DNA of 64,000 nt from Acidimicrobiales bacterium (GTDB lineage Bacteria; Actinomycetota; Acidimicrobiia; Acidimicrobiales; JACCXE01), in contig DASZWD010000040.1 of NCBI GenBank assembly GCA_035546775.1, forward strand, positions 291 through 64,290, read 5' to 3'. How positions within the stretch are numbered: the first letter of the stretch is position 1; each line of letters begins with the position of its first letter. The notes below the pieces were generated by a model. The model worked only from the letters and a program-made list of their open reading frames with translations, ran no database searches and was not told where the DNA came from. Below are positions 45,201 to 55,166 of the stretch, in pieces. Made by a program: the position numbers and the translations under genes.

Positions 45201-45812
45201 TTCGACAAGATGACGCGGCTGGGCTTCGAGAAGGAAATGCTCGGCCTCTACGTTTCGGACCATCCGCTCAAGGGTGCCGAGGCGGCGCTGCGGCGCCTCA
45301 CGGACGCGTCGGTGTCCGAAGCGCGCGAGCTCGACGACGGGGCGGTGCGCGTTGTGGGCGGCGTCGTCACCACGCTGGCCCGCAAGTGGACCAAGAAGGG
45401 GGACCTGATGGCCACCTTCGTCCTCGAAGACCTCGACGGCGCCATGGAGGTGATGGTCTTCCCCAAGGTGATGCAGGAGTGGGGGAGCCTGCTCACCGAC
45501 GACGCCATCGTGTGCGTGAAGGCCCGCGTCGACAAGCGGGAAGACGAGCCGAAACTCACCTGCCTCGAGATCCGCCGGCCCGAGATCGTCTTCGATGCCG
45601 CGTCCCGCCTCGAACTGCGCGTATCGGAGGGCGTGAGCGACACCACCCTGGCCGAGTTGAAGCGCATCCTGCTCGAGTATCCGGGCGACGCCGACGTCTA
45701 CCTGCACTTTGGGACCAAAAAGCTGCGCCTGCCGTCGGAATTCCGGTGCGATCCGAGCACCCGACTGGTGGCGGAACTGCGCGTTTTGCTCGGATCGAAC
45801 GCAGTTATCTGA
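42300..45812 (+). CDS. dnaE: DNA polymerase III alpha subunit
   Basis: 1170 aa. PHP domain FTHLHLHTEYSMLDGA. SD GAGGAG at 42287-42292. Confidence 0.95.
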   Translation: MGSSFTHLHLHTEYSMLDGAARVADVVRAAVADGMPAIGMTDHGNMYGTIDFYETCRKHGVNPIIGFEAYMAGESRFERPPRRGRVDDTGGDAEGGQKLYYHLTLLAENNAGYANLLKLSSLAFLEGYYYQPRLDWELLEKHHDGVIATSGCLGGVVLQALLQGDQRKATKLAGRLQDIFGRDNFFIELQDHGMEEQRRTNPLLLEIAKEIQAPLLATNDSHYTDHSDAAAHDALLCVQTNSTVDDPSRFRFGSDQHYFKTAAEMRYLFRELPEACDNSLWIAERANVTIDFDRAELPKFPLPDGFADDAEYLRHVAYEGARQRYGEVLSQEVTERLDYELQVIGNMGFSTYFLIVGDLIRHAKERRIRVGPGRGSAAGCCVAYCLGITNLDPIRFDLLFERFLNPGRKQMPDIDMDFDERYRGEMIRYVADKYGRDHLAQIVTFSTIKARAAVRDAARVLGYPYVVGDKIAKAMPPLIMGRDTPLGACLELTEGHEGGFQMAGDLRVMYETDPDARKVIDVAKGLEGLRRQSGIHASAVVISREPLMEYCPVQRKPEAGVELEDAPIVTQFEGPAIEKLGLLKMDFLGLRNLTVIEQALDLIEANTGDRPDVDAIPLDDPDTLALLRTGETIGVFQLEGGPMRSLVRALAPTSFDDVSALLALYRPGPMAANMHYDYADRKNGRKPIEHIHPELEEVLGDTYGLMIYQESMMRVAQRFAGYSLAEADNLRKAAGKKVRSIMAAEREKFVEGCEKTGYGAALGTQLFDIIEPFADYAFNKSHTYAYGLVSWQTAWLKAHHPVEYFAALLTSVRDDKDATAKYLSECRNLGIEVLVPDVNQSVAGFGAKGRTIPFGLAAIRNVGTNLVSMIVAEREANGPFLDFYDFCQRVDPIVLNKRSVDSLIKAGAFDSLGYPRQGLCLAAESIVDLVLSRRRERDVGVMSLFDQLDDTGEPSWDDTRVPIPEVEFDKMTRLGFEKEMLGLYVSDHPLKGAEAALRRLTDASVSEARELDDGAVRVVGGVVTTLARKWTKKGDLMATFVLEDLDGAMEVMVFPKVMQEWGSLLTDDAIVCVKARVDKREDEPKLTCLEIRRPEIVFDAASRLELRVSEGVSDTTLAELKRILLEYPGDADVYLHFGTKKLRLPSEFRCDPSTRLVAELRVLLGSNAVI

Positions 45813-45908
45813 CCGTTGCGTGTGAACCTTCGGTCTCCCAGCATCTAAACTGACCGGGCGGTCAAGTACGGGCCGCCGGAAACTGCCGCCGAGGAGAGAT
45901 CGAGGTCC

Positions 45909-46583
45909 ATGGCGATCGATGTCGTAACCAAGGACTGCACCGCCCTGAGCGATGCGGAGTTGGCCGAACTGGCCGATATGTGCGCTGGGGGGCCTGCGGG
46001 ATACGAGATTGGCGTCCTTTCCAAGTACCGGGAGGACTGGGTCCTGGTGTCACAGGCCCGTGAGAACGGCAAGCTGCACGGCTTCGCCTTCTGCACGCTC
46101 GAGCGCATCGGCGGCACGCCGTGCCTGCTGATCGGCCTCGGGTCGGTCAAGCGCACCTCGAAGCGTGAATCGGTGCTCAAGGCGCTGATGGCCAACATGT
46201 ACCAGCGCGCCGTCATGGCCTTCCCCGACGAAGACGTCGTGGTCGGCACCAAGATGATCGACGCCGGCGCCTTCAACGCCTTCAAGGGTCTGGCCGACGT
46301 GTGCCCGCAGCCCGAGCACCGCACCACCGGTGAGGAGCGGGCGTGGAGCCGCCGTCTGGCCAAGCGCTTCGGCGCCGAGGGCCGGATCGACGACCGCTCG
46401 TTCATCGTCACCGGCGACGGCGACACACCGGGCGTGCTCGATCACGAGTCGCTCAAGCCCGAGGCGATCAAGGCGGACGTGGCGGCGTACTTCACGCCGC
46501 TCAAGCGTGACAACGGCGATTACCTGATCGCCTTCGGCTGGGCGATGGCAGAAGACCTCGCCGGCGCCAAGCTGCCCAAGTAA
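45909..46583 (+). CDS. hypothetical protein (possibly GNAT-like fold, weak)
   Basis: 224-aa ORF with coding-like composition and a GAGG 3 nt upstream of the ATG. No motif recognised with confidence. Confidence 0.55.
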   Translation: MAIDVVTKDCTALSDAELAELADMCAGGPAGYEIGVLSKYREDWVLVSQARENGKLHGFAFCTLERIGGTPCLLIGLGSVKRTSKRESVLKALMANMYQRAVMAFPDEDVVVGTKMIDAGAFNAFKGLADVCPQPEHRTTGEERAWSRRLAKRFGAEGRIDDRSFIVTGDGDTPGVLDHESLKPEAIKADVAAYFTPLKRDNGDYLIAFGWAMAEDLAGAKLPK

Positions 46584-46593
46584 GCGCGTCCCG

Positions 46594-47544
46594 CTGAAAA
46601 CTGCACTAGTCCTCGGGGGCGGGGGTACCGTCGGCCTCGCCTATCACGCCGGGGTGCTGCGCGCCCTCGAAGTCGAGACGGGGTTTTCGCCCGACGACGC
46701 CGAGGTCATCGTCGGTACGTCGGCTGGGTCGGTGGTGGCCGCGTATCTGCGCAGCGGCATGTCGACCAAGGACATGTGGCTGCTCGCCCGCGGCGAGCAC
46801 CCGACGCACGAGTCCTTCGGCGGCACCGGTGATCGCCGGCCCGACTTGTTCGCGCCGACGTGGGGCAACCCGATCGACGTCGTCCGGAACCTGATCGGCT
46901 CGGCCTACGTGCTGGCGCGGGCCGTGTCGCCTTTTCCCCTCCGGCCGCCGGCGGTGCTGCGCTCCGTCTTCCCCGGCGGCATGTTCACCCTCGAGGAGGG
47001 CGAGCGGCGCTTCGCCGAGGAACTGCCGAGCGCGTGGCCCGACCAGGCTTTGTGGCTCACCACCGTCGACATCGTGACGGGCCGGCGCGTCGTACTCGGC
47101 CGGCCCGGCGCCCCCAAGGTCGAGTTGCCCCGCGCCGTGCTCGCCAGCGCCGCGATTCCCGGGGTGTACCGGCCGGTGCAGGTCGGTCGGCGCAGCCTCA
47201 TCGACGGCGGCGCGCACTCCACCAGCAATCTCGACCTCGCAGTGCAGGCCGACGTCGACCGCATCATCGGCGTCGTGCCCCTCGCCTTTGACACCGCGTT
47301 GCCGCCGGGGCCGCTCGGCCAACTCGTGCGCAACATCCCGGCGCGCCAGCTGCACGCCGAGATGGCGCTGGCCCGTCGACGCAACATCGAGGTGCTGCTG
47401 TTCCGCCCGTCCGCGTCGGAGGTGCGTCACCACGGCCTCAACCTCATGCGTCCCGACGGGCTCGAGCGCATCGCCGAGCTGGCCTACGAAGCCACGGTCG
47501 AAGCGCTGGCGACGGACCGGTTCGCCGAAGCGTTCGCGGCCTGA
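46594..47544 (+). CDS. patatin-like phospholipase
   Basis: GGGGTVG oxyanion motif, GTSAG nucleophile elbow, and a DGG catalytic Asp (LIDGGAHS). Start placed at CTG 46594 because the first ATG/GTG/TTG (46654) lies after the Gly-rich motif. Confidence 0.7.
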   Translation: MKTALVLGGGGTVGLAYHAGVLRALEVETGFSPDDAEVIVGTSAGSVVAAYLRSGMSTKDMWLLARGEHPTHESFGGTGDRRPDLFAPTWGNPIDVVRNLIGSAYVLARAVSPFPLRPPAVLRSVFPGGMFTLEEGERRFAEELPSAWPDQALWLTTVDIVTGRRVVLGRPGAPKVELPRAVLASAAIPGVYRPVQVGRRSLIDGGAHSTSNLDLAVQADVDRIIGVVPLAFDTALPPGPLGQLVRNIPARQLHAEMALARRRNIEVLLFRPSASEVRHHGLNLMRPDGLERIAELAYEATVEALATDRFAEAFAA

Positions 47545-47550
47545 AGGCGC

Positions 47551-48204
47551 CTAACCCGGCAGGAGGGCCGGCACTGTCTTGTAGCAGTGCCCGAAGAAGG
47601 GTGCGCTGAGCGCGATGAGGAGGCGCCGGCGCGCTCGCAGCGGATGGCCGTTGCGCTTGTTGATCGCCTCGATGGCGACGGGGTCGGTGCAGGGCAGTTC
47701 GTGGACGTGGCCGCGGAAGCGGAATTTGACGATCAAGCCTTCGGCGGTGGCCGAAAGCACGATGTCGCCGTGCGGGTTGACGATCGTCATCGAGGGGCGG
47801 TCGCCTTGGAGGGTCCAGTAGGGGACGGCCTCGCCGGCGAATCCGAGGAGTTCGTTCTTCTCCGGATGATGCAGCGGCGTCAGCAGCTTCTGGGCGCGGC
47901 GGCCGCGCAGGCGACCGATGGCGACCGGCGGGTGATCGAGCTCGATGGTCTCGGGGCGCGACGGGTCCGGCTCGGCCGGGTTGGCGACGGTACGCGCAGA
48001 GAGCACGTCCATCTGGCGCAGGCGTATCGGCACCACGTTGCTCGACTCGGGATCCCACGTGGCCCACACCAACCCGCCCGTGTCGAGGTCGACGCACGCG
48101 GCTTCGCCGTCACCGGGCGCGAGCAACAGCAGACGCACGTGCGCGCCAAGCGGCGCGACCGGCTTGCGAAACGCCGGATGCTGCGAATTCTGGGCAAGCG
48201 CCAC
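47551..48204 (-). CDS. hypothetical protein
   Basis: 217-aa ORF with a GTG start and coding-like composition. No family recognised. Confidence 0.5.
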   Translation of the reverse strand: MALAQNSQHPAFRKPVAPLGAHVRLLLLAPGDGEAACVDLDTGGLVWATWDPESSNVVPIRLRQMDVLSARTVANPAEPDPSRPETIELDHPPVAIGRLRGRRAQKLLTPLHHPEKNELLGFAGEAVPYWTLQGDRPSMTIVNPHGDIVLSATAEGLIVKFRFRGHVHELPCTDPVAIEAINKRNGHPLRARRRLLIALSAPFFGHCYKTVPALLPG

Positions 48205-48263
48205 GCCTCAATGTTCGCCCTGTGGACAACGTCGAGGGTGGATACCCGGCGCGTCAGGCGACG

Positions 48264-49472
48264 TCAGGCGGCGTCAAGCAGCGCGCCGATGGCGCGGGCG
48301 CGCACGGCTTGGAGGTGTCGGACGAATTCGTTCTCGCGTTCGGCGGTGGCATCTTGTGGAGGCGCGGCAGTGCCCGGTGGCCGAGTGACGCGGGTTCGGC
48401 CGTTCGGGTCGGTGAGCTCGTAGGTGCCGTCGGGGTGTAATCGTTCGGACCAGCCGACGCGATGGGCAACAGGGTGATGAAGGCTGCACTTCAACACGAG
48501 GTTGCCGATCGACGTTGGCCCGTGGTCGCGTTCCCACCACTCGACGTGGTGGGCGTCGCACCATGACGGCGGCCGATCACAGCCGGGGTGTCGGCAGTGC
48601 TGGTCGCGGGCGACGAGGGCGTTCCACAGGCCCGGGGGTGGTGTGCGTACGGCGCGGCCGTAGTCGAGAATCTCGGAGCCGGCCGCCATCAGGCGGTGCA
48701 GGTCGCAGTCGCACAGCAACCGTTGGAGCGTTTCGGTATCGAACCGCAGACCGGTGGTGATGTCGAAGCCTTCGAGGTGGTCGGTGCCGAGACTGGCAGC
48801 GTCGATCATCACGTTGAGATGAGGGCGGTGGCGGTTCGCGGGGTTGGTGATGTTCTGGTGGTCACAGAACCAGCGGAAGATGGCGACGAGGGCGGCGCCG
48901 CGGCGTTCGGCCGCGGGGATGTCGAAGTCGTGTGAGTCGGCGACTTCTAGCGCGGCAACGGCGAGGCCGTAGCCCTCGGCATCGAGCGTGGCGGTGAGGT
49001 GGCCGCGATCTTCGAGCGTCGCCGACATATGGGCGATGTTTTCGCGGTCGTCAGGCTTTGGCCCCGGGTTGAGCGCGTCGGCGCGTTGGCGCCATACGCG
49101 CATGGCGGTGAGCGTGCCGAGCGTGTCGAGCGAGGTCAGGTGCGCCAACAGATCAGCCTCGTGCTCGGCGAACAAGCCGACGTGGCGGTCGATCGCCTGC
49201 GCGCAGATGATCTTGATCTGCCCGCCGCTCAGGCGACCGTCGAGCCACGCTGCCGCGACCAACGGCCAGCACCGCAGCTTCTTGGCCGCGCTCACCATCC
49301 AGGCAGCGTCGGCTCGGGTGTATCCCTGCTCGCGGAGCCACTCCGCCGCCGACACATATCCGGGAGCGTCCCACTCCCGCGACGCGTCGAACGCGCCGAC
49401 CGCCATCGTCAGCCGCGCCGTGAACCGGTCGTGTTCCGCGACAGCCTCGGCAAGCTCGGCGACCAATGACAT
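48264..49472 (-). CDS. DUF222 / HNH endonuclease (REP13E12-like family)
   Basis: N-terminal DUF222-like region and C-terminal CRHPGCDRP..CDAHHVEWWERDHGPTSIGNLVLKCSLHH HNH motif. ATG 49472, with TAGAAT 7 nt upstream. Confidence 0.8.
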   Translation of the reverse strand: MSLVAELAEAVAEHDRFTARLTMAVGAFDASREWDAPGYVSAAEWLREQGYTRADAAWMVSAAKKLRCWPLVAAAWLDGRLSGGQIKIICAQAIDRHVGLFAEHEADLLAHLTSLDTLGTLTAMRVWRQRADALNPGPKPDDRENIAHMSATLEDRGHLTATLDAEGYGLAVAALEVADSHDFDIPAAERRGAALVAIFRWFCDHQNITNPANRHRPHLNVMIDAASLGTDHLEGFDITTGLRFDTETLQRLLCDCDLHRLMAAGSEILDYGRAVRTPPPGLWNALVARDQHCRHPGCDRPPSWCDAHHVEWWERDHGPTSIGNLVLKCSLHHPVAHRVGWSERLHPDGTYELTDPNGRTRVTRPPGTAAPPQDATAERENEFVRHLQAVRARAIGALLDAA

Positions 49473-49497
49473 CGACGTAATTCTACCCGAAGGGTGT

Positions 49498-49534
49498 GAC
49501 GCCGAACAGAGAAAAATCGTACAGACGTTCGGTG

Positions 49535-49536
<2 letters not shown>
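49498..49536 (-). terminator. imperfect hairpin overlapping the yyaL stop codon (possible terminator)
   Basis: Arms GACGCCGAAC (49498-49507) and GTTCGGTGTC (49527-49536) give a 10-bp stem with one mismatch. The 19-nt loop contains a T/A run. No U-tail. Confidence 0.2.
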
Positions 49537-51509
<1,973 letters not shown>

Positions 51510-51517
<8 letters not shown>

Positions 51518-51812
51518 GGAAGGGCTGTACCTCGATCACGGCGTCGAGATGCAACGGACCGTAGATGTGCGGGAAGTCGTTCTCGACCTTGATCTCGGCG
51601 CTGACCAGCGCCGGGTCGATGGTGACGACGACGAGCGGCTCGCTGACGTCGCTATACACCAGGACGCCCGTCGGCTGGACCTGATGGGCGAACGAGCAGT
51701 GGATGAAGCCGACCTCGTCGAGCGACTTGCCCCGCGTCGAACCGGTGTAGACACCCATCGCGGCAGCGGCGTACCACTGCGCCTGGTCGGTGATGTGGAA
51801 GATCGGCTCCAT
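51510..51812 (-). CDS. DUF952 family protein
   Basis: 100 aa. [28 protein letters not shown] pattern. Overlaps the yyaL start by 8 nt. Confidence 0.7.
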
Positions 51813-51822
51813 CGCGACCCAG

Positions 51823-51832
51823 ACGTTAGGTT
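51823..51832. promoter_or_regulatory. shared bidirectional -10 region ACGTTAGGTT (DUF952 / SDR)
   Basis: Minus-strand TAACGT 51828-51823 and plus-strand TAGGTT 51827-51832 share one TA. Confidence 0.4.
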
Positions 51833-51839
51833 GCGGCGC

Positions 51840-52592
51840 ATGGATCTACGACTGGACGGGAAAGTGGCGGTCGTCACCGGCGGATCGCGCGGCATCGGCC
51901 GCGCGATCGCGCAGGCGATGGCTGACTCTGGGGCACGGGTGATGATCTCGTCGCGCAAGGCCGACGACCTCGAGGTCGCGGCGAAGGAAATCGGCAACGG
52001 TTGCGAATGGTTCGCCGCCAACGCCGGTAACGAAGAGGAAGCGGCGGCGTGCATCGCCGCGACCGTCGAGCGTCTCGGTGGCATCGACATCCTCGTCAAC
52101 AACGCGGCCACCAATCCCTACATGGGATCGATTCTCGGCATCGACCGCGCCCGCGCCGACAAGACGGTGCAGGTCAACCAGTGGGGCGTGTTGCGCTGGA
52201 CGCAGCTGGCCGTCGAGGCCGGCCTCGGCAAGGACCCGGGCTCGTCGGTCATCAACATCGCGTCGGTCGGCGGCTTCGGCGCCAACGCCGTGATCGGTTG
52301 GTACAACGTGACCAAGGCCGCCGTCATCCACCTCACCCGCAACCTGGCCCTCGAGCTGGGACCGAACACGCGCGTCAACGCGATCTGCCCCGGCCTGGTG
52401 AACACCGACATGGCCAAAGCGCTCGTCGACGCCGCCGGCGAGCAGATGGCGCGGCGGTTGCCGCTCAAGCGCATCGGCCAGCCAGCCGACATCGCCGGTG
52501 CCGCGGTGTTCTTGGCGTCCGACGCCGCCGGCTGGATCACGGGTCAGTCGCTCATCGTCGACGGCGGTTCGATGATGATGGGCGGGGGCTAG
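51840..52592 (+). CDS. SDR-family oxidoreductase
   Basis: TGGSRGIGRAIA cofactor motif, NNAA, and a YNVTK (YxxxK) active site. Confidence 0.85.
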   Translation: MDLRLDGKVAVVTGGSRGIGRAIAQAMADSGARVMISSRKADDLEVAAKEIGNGCEWFAANAGNEEEAAACIAATVERLGGIDILVNNAATNPYMGSILGIDRARADKTVQVNQWGVLRWTQLAVEAGLGKDPGSSVINIASVGGFGANAVIGWYNVTKAAVIHLTRNLALELGPNTRVNAICPGLVNTDMAKALVDAAGEQMARRLPLKRIGQPADIAGAAVFLASDAAGWITGQSLIVDGGSMMMGGG

Positions 52593-53587
52593 AGCCGGTC
52601 GCGTTGCACCTTGCCTGACGCTGTGCGCGGCAGGGCGTCGACCAGCACGATCTCCTTGGGCGCGCAGTAGGCGGGCAAGGTTTCCTTGACCTTGTCGCGC
52701 AGTTGGTCGAGCGTCGGCACCTGCGCGCTCCGCACGACGTAGGCGACGACGCGCTGGCCCCATTCGGGGTCGGGCCGGCCGGCGACGGCGATGTCGCCCA
52801 TCCCTGCGAGCGCACGCTCGACGGCGATCGGCCACACCTTCTCGCCGCCGGTGTTGATGACGTCGCCGATGCGGCCCTCGACGCGCAACACGCCGTCGGT
52901 GAGCGAACCGGCGTCGCCGGTGGGCAACCAGCCGTCGGCGTCCTTGGGGTCGGTGCCGTCGAGGTAGCAACGCAGCAGCATCGGCCCGCGCACGTAGATC
53001 TGCCCGGTGCCGTCGACGCGTAGTTCGACGGTGTCGAGGGGGCGCCCGTCGTAGGCGACCCCGCTGCCCGTTTCGGTCATGCCGTAGGTGCGCACGACAT
53101 TGGGCGCCAGGCCGTCGGGTGCGGCAGCGCCGCCGAGCAGGACGCGGCGGTACCGCGCCGTGTCCATGCGCCGCAGCATCGTCGGCACCACCGACACGAG
53201 CGTCGCCGTGCCGTCGTCGGTGAAGCTGAAGGGCGTGCCGGCGTGCAGGGCACGCAGCACGACCGACAACCCGCCAATGTGGGCGAGCGGCAAGCAAGCG
53301 AACCACTTGTCGCGCTCGTCGACGGCCAGGGCGGCGTTCGACGCACGCGCCGAGGCGGCGATCGCGTCGTGGGTGAGGACGACGCCCTTCGGTTCGCCCG
53401 ACGTGCCCGAGGTCGCCACGACGAGCGCGTCGCCGTCCGTGAGGTCGCCGGCGCGTGGCAGCGCGGCGCGCGCCGCTGCCGGCAAGCGGGGATCGATCGG
53501 GAGCACGACGTGGCCCGCGTCCCAGGCGCGTCGCATGGCGTCGACGAACTCTGCGCCCACGGCATCAATCCCAAGCAACTGCGGCAC
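52589..53587 (-). CDS. menE: o-succinylbenzoate--CoA ligase (short actinobacterial type)
   Basis: TSGTSGEPKGVVLTH, YGMTET and GEKV blocks, within a men cluster. GTG 53587 preferred (TACGGT exactly 7 nt upstream). ATG 53611 is the alternative. Confidence 0.75.
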   Translation of the reverse strand: MPQLLGIDAVGAEFVDAMRRAWDAGHVVLPIDPRLPAAARAALPRAGDLTDGDALVVATSGTSGEPKGVVLTHDAIAASARASNAALAVDERDKWFACLPLAHIGGLSVVLRALHAGTPFSFTDDGTATLVSVVPTMLRRMDTARYRRVLLGGAAAPDGLAPNVVRTYGMTETGSGVAYDGRPLDTVELRVDGTGQIYVRGPMLLRCYLDGTDPKDADGWLPTGDAGSLTDGVLRVEGRIGDVINTGGEKVWPIAVERALAGMGDIAVAGRPDPEWGQRVVAYVVRSAQVPTLDQLRDKVKETLPAYCAPKEIVLVDALPRTASGKVQRDRL

Positions 53588-53593
53588 GACGAT

Positions 53594-53600
53594 TACCGTA
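53594..53600. promoter_or_regulatory. symmetric bidirectional -10 region TACCGTA (menE / menA)
   Basis: Plus-strand TACCGT 53594-53599. Minus-strand TACGGT 53600-53595. Confidence 0.4.
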
Positions 53601-53609
53601 AACGCCGGC

Positions 53610-54455
53610 ATGAAGAAGTGGATCGCCGGGGCGCGACCTCGCACGTTGCCCGCCGCCGTGGTGCCCGTCGTCGTGGGTACCGCCGCGGCGCACGCCGCCG
53701 ACAGTCCGATCATCTGGTGGCGCGCCGCCGCCGCGCTGGTGGTCGCCGTCGCCGTGCAGGTCGGGACCAACTACGTCAACGACTACGCCGACGGAATTCG
53801 CGGCACCGACGACGTGCGTGTCGGCCCCGTGCGCCTGGTCGGCCAAAAGCTGGCGTCGCCCGCAGCCGTCAAGCGCGCCGCGATCGCGTCGTTCGCCGTC
53901 GCCGGCGTCGTCGGGCTGGCGTTGTGCGCCGCCGCCGGGTGGTGGCTCGCCCTTGTCGGTGCCGCTGCCATCCTCGCCGGCTGGTTCTACACCGGCGGGC
54001 CGCGTCCGTACGGCTACGCCGGGTTGGGTGAAGTCTTCGTGTTCGTATTCTTCGGGCTCGTCGCTACCGCGGGCACCACCTACGTGCAGCTGGAGCGGGT
54101 GACGGGGACGAGCGCGGTCGCCGGCGTTGCCGTGGGGATGTGGGCCGTCGCGCTGCTGCTGGTCAACAACATCCGCGACCGCGTCGGCGACGAGGCGTCA
54201 GGCAAGAAGACGCTTGCAGTCCGCCTCGGCGATCGGAACGCGCGCGCCCTCTACGTCGCGTGCTTGGGTGTGGGATTCGTGTGTGCCTGCACCCTGTCCC
54301 TCTGGGTGTTCGTCCTGCTGGTGTTCATGCCGCGGCCGATCTCGAAGGTCCAGGGCGGCGCCGTCGGCCGTGAGTTGATCGCCGTGCTCCAGCAGACGTC
54401 GCTCTTGCAGATGGTGGGCGGTGCGGCGCTCAGTCTCGGGCTATTGGTTCGTTGA
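53610..54455 (+). CDS. menA: 1,4-dihydroxy-2-naphthoate polyprenyltransferase
   Basis: UbiA-family NYVNDYADGIRGTD motif with about eight TM helices. Confidence 0.85.
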   Translation: MKKWIAGARPRTLPAAVVPVVVGTAAAHAADSPIIWWRAAAALVVAVAVQVGTNYVNDYADGIRGTDDVRVGPVRLVGQKLASPAAVKRAAIASFAVAGVVGLALCAAAGWWLALVGAAAILAGWFYTGGPRPYGYAGLGEVFVFVFFGLVATAGTTYVQLERVTGTSAVAGVAVGMWAVALLLVNNIRDRVGDEASGKKTLAVRLGDRNARALYVACLGVGFVCACTLSLWVFVLLVFMPRPISKVQGGAVGRELIAVLQQTSLLQMVGGAALSLGLLVR

Positions 54456-55161
54456 CGAACGCGTCGAGCGCACCGACGAACGCATCCGGTGCTTCGAGAT
54501 GCGCGGCGTGACCACAACCGTTGAGCGACGCGATGTGCGCGTCGGGCAGCAGCGTCTCCATGCGCTGCGCGATGGCGGTGAACTTCTCGTCCAGGGCGCC
54601 AGTCACCAGCATCACCGGGCACGTGATGTCGGGCAGGCGGTCCCACAGCGGGTCCTGCGCGCCGGTGCCCATCAGGCGCAGCGCGGCGGCGAGGCCGCTG
54701 ACGGTGTTGTGGCGCCGGGCGTCGAGACCGGCGCTGTCTTCCGGCAAGGTGGCGAACAGCGGCTGGCTCAGCCAGCGCGACAAGAACGCGTCGATCCCGT
54801 CACGCTCGAGCTCCTCGGCGAGCAGTTCGTCCGACGCCTGGCGCTCGATGCGCTCGCTGGCAGATTCGAGGCCGGGCGTGGCGCCGATGAGCACGAGACG
54901 CTCGACGTTGTCGGGATGGGCGAGTGCTACGTGCAGCGCCAGACGCCCGCCCATCGAGTAACCGACCCAGGTGCCGCGACCCCCTTCGGCCGCCAGCAGG
55001 TCCGCCCCCTTCCACAGGTTGAGGTGCGTGTCGTGATGGGCGCCGTGGCCCGGCGCGTCGAGCGCGACGACGTCGTGGCCCAGAGCGGTGAGGCGGTATT
55101 CGATCGCGTCCCACGACTCGGCGGTCTGGGTGAAGCCGTGGACGAGAATGAGTCGGGCCAT
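54430..55161 (-). CDS. menH: 2-succinyl-6-hydroxy-2,4-cyclohexadiene-1-carboxylate synthase (alpha/beta hydrolase)
   Basis: ILVHGF and GYSMGG nucleophile elbow. Sits next to menD. Confidence 0.7.
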   Translation of the reverse strand: MARLILVHGFTQTAESWDAIEYRLTALGHDVVALDAPGHGAHHDTHLNLWKGADLLAAEGGRGTWVGYSMGGRLALHVALAHPDNVERLVLIGATPGLESASERIERQASDELLAEELERDGIDAFLSRWLSQPLFATLPEDSAGLDARRHNTVSGLAAALRLMGTGAQDPLWDRLPDITCPVMLVTGALDEKFTAIAQRMETLLPDAHIASLNGCGHAAHLEAPDAFVGALDAFVNEPIARD

Positions 55162-55166
55162 CGCGT

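Noticed and set aside
48252-48275. Short direct repeats CGTCAGGCG at the DUF222-HNH 3' end and a similar GTCAGGCGA at 49533-49541, considered as mobile-element boundaries.
   Set aside because: Both coincide with ...Ala-stop codon contexts of the HNH and yyaL genes. They are too short (9 nt) to support element ends, and no terminal inverted repeats or target duplication are seen.
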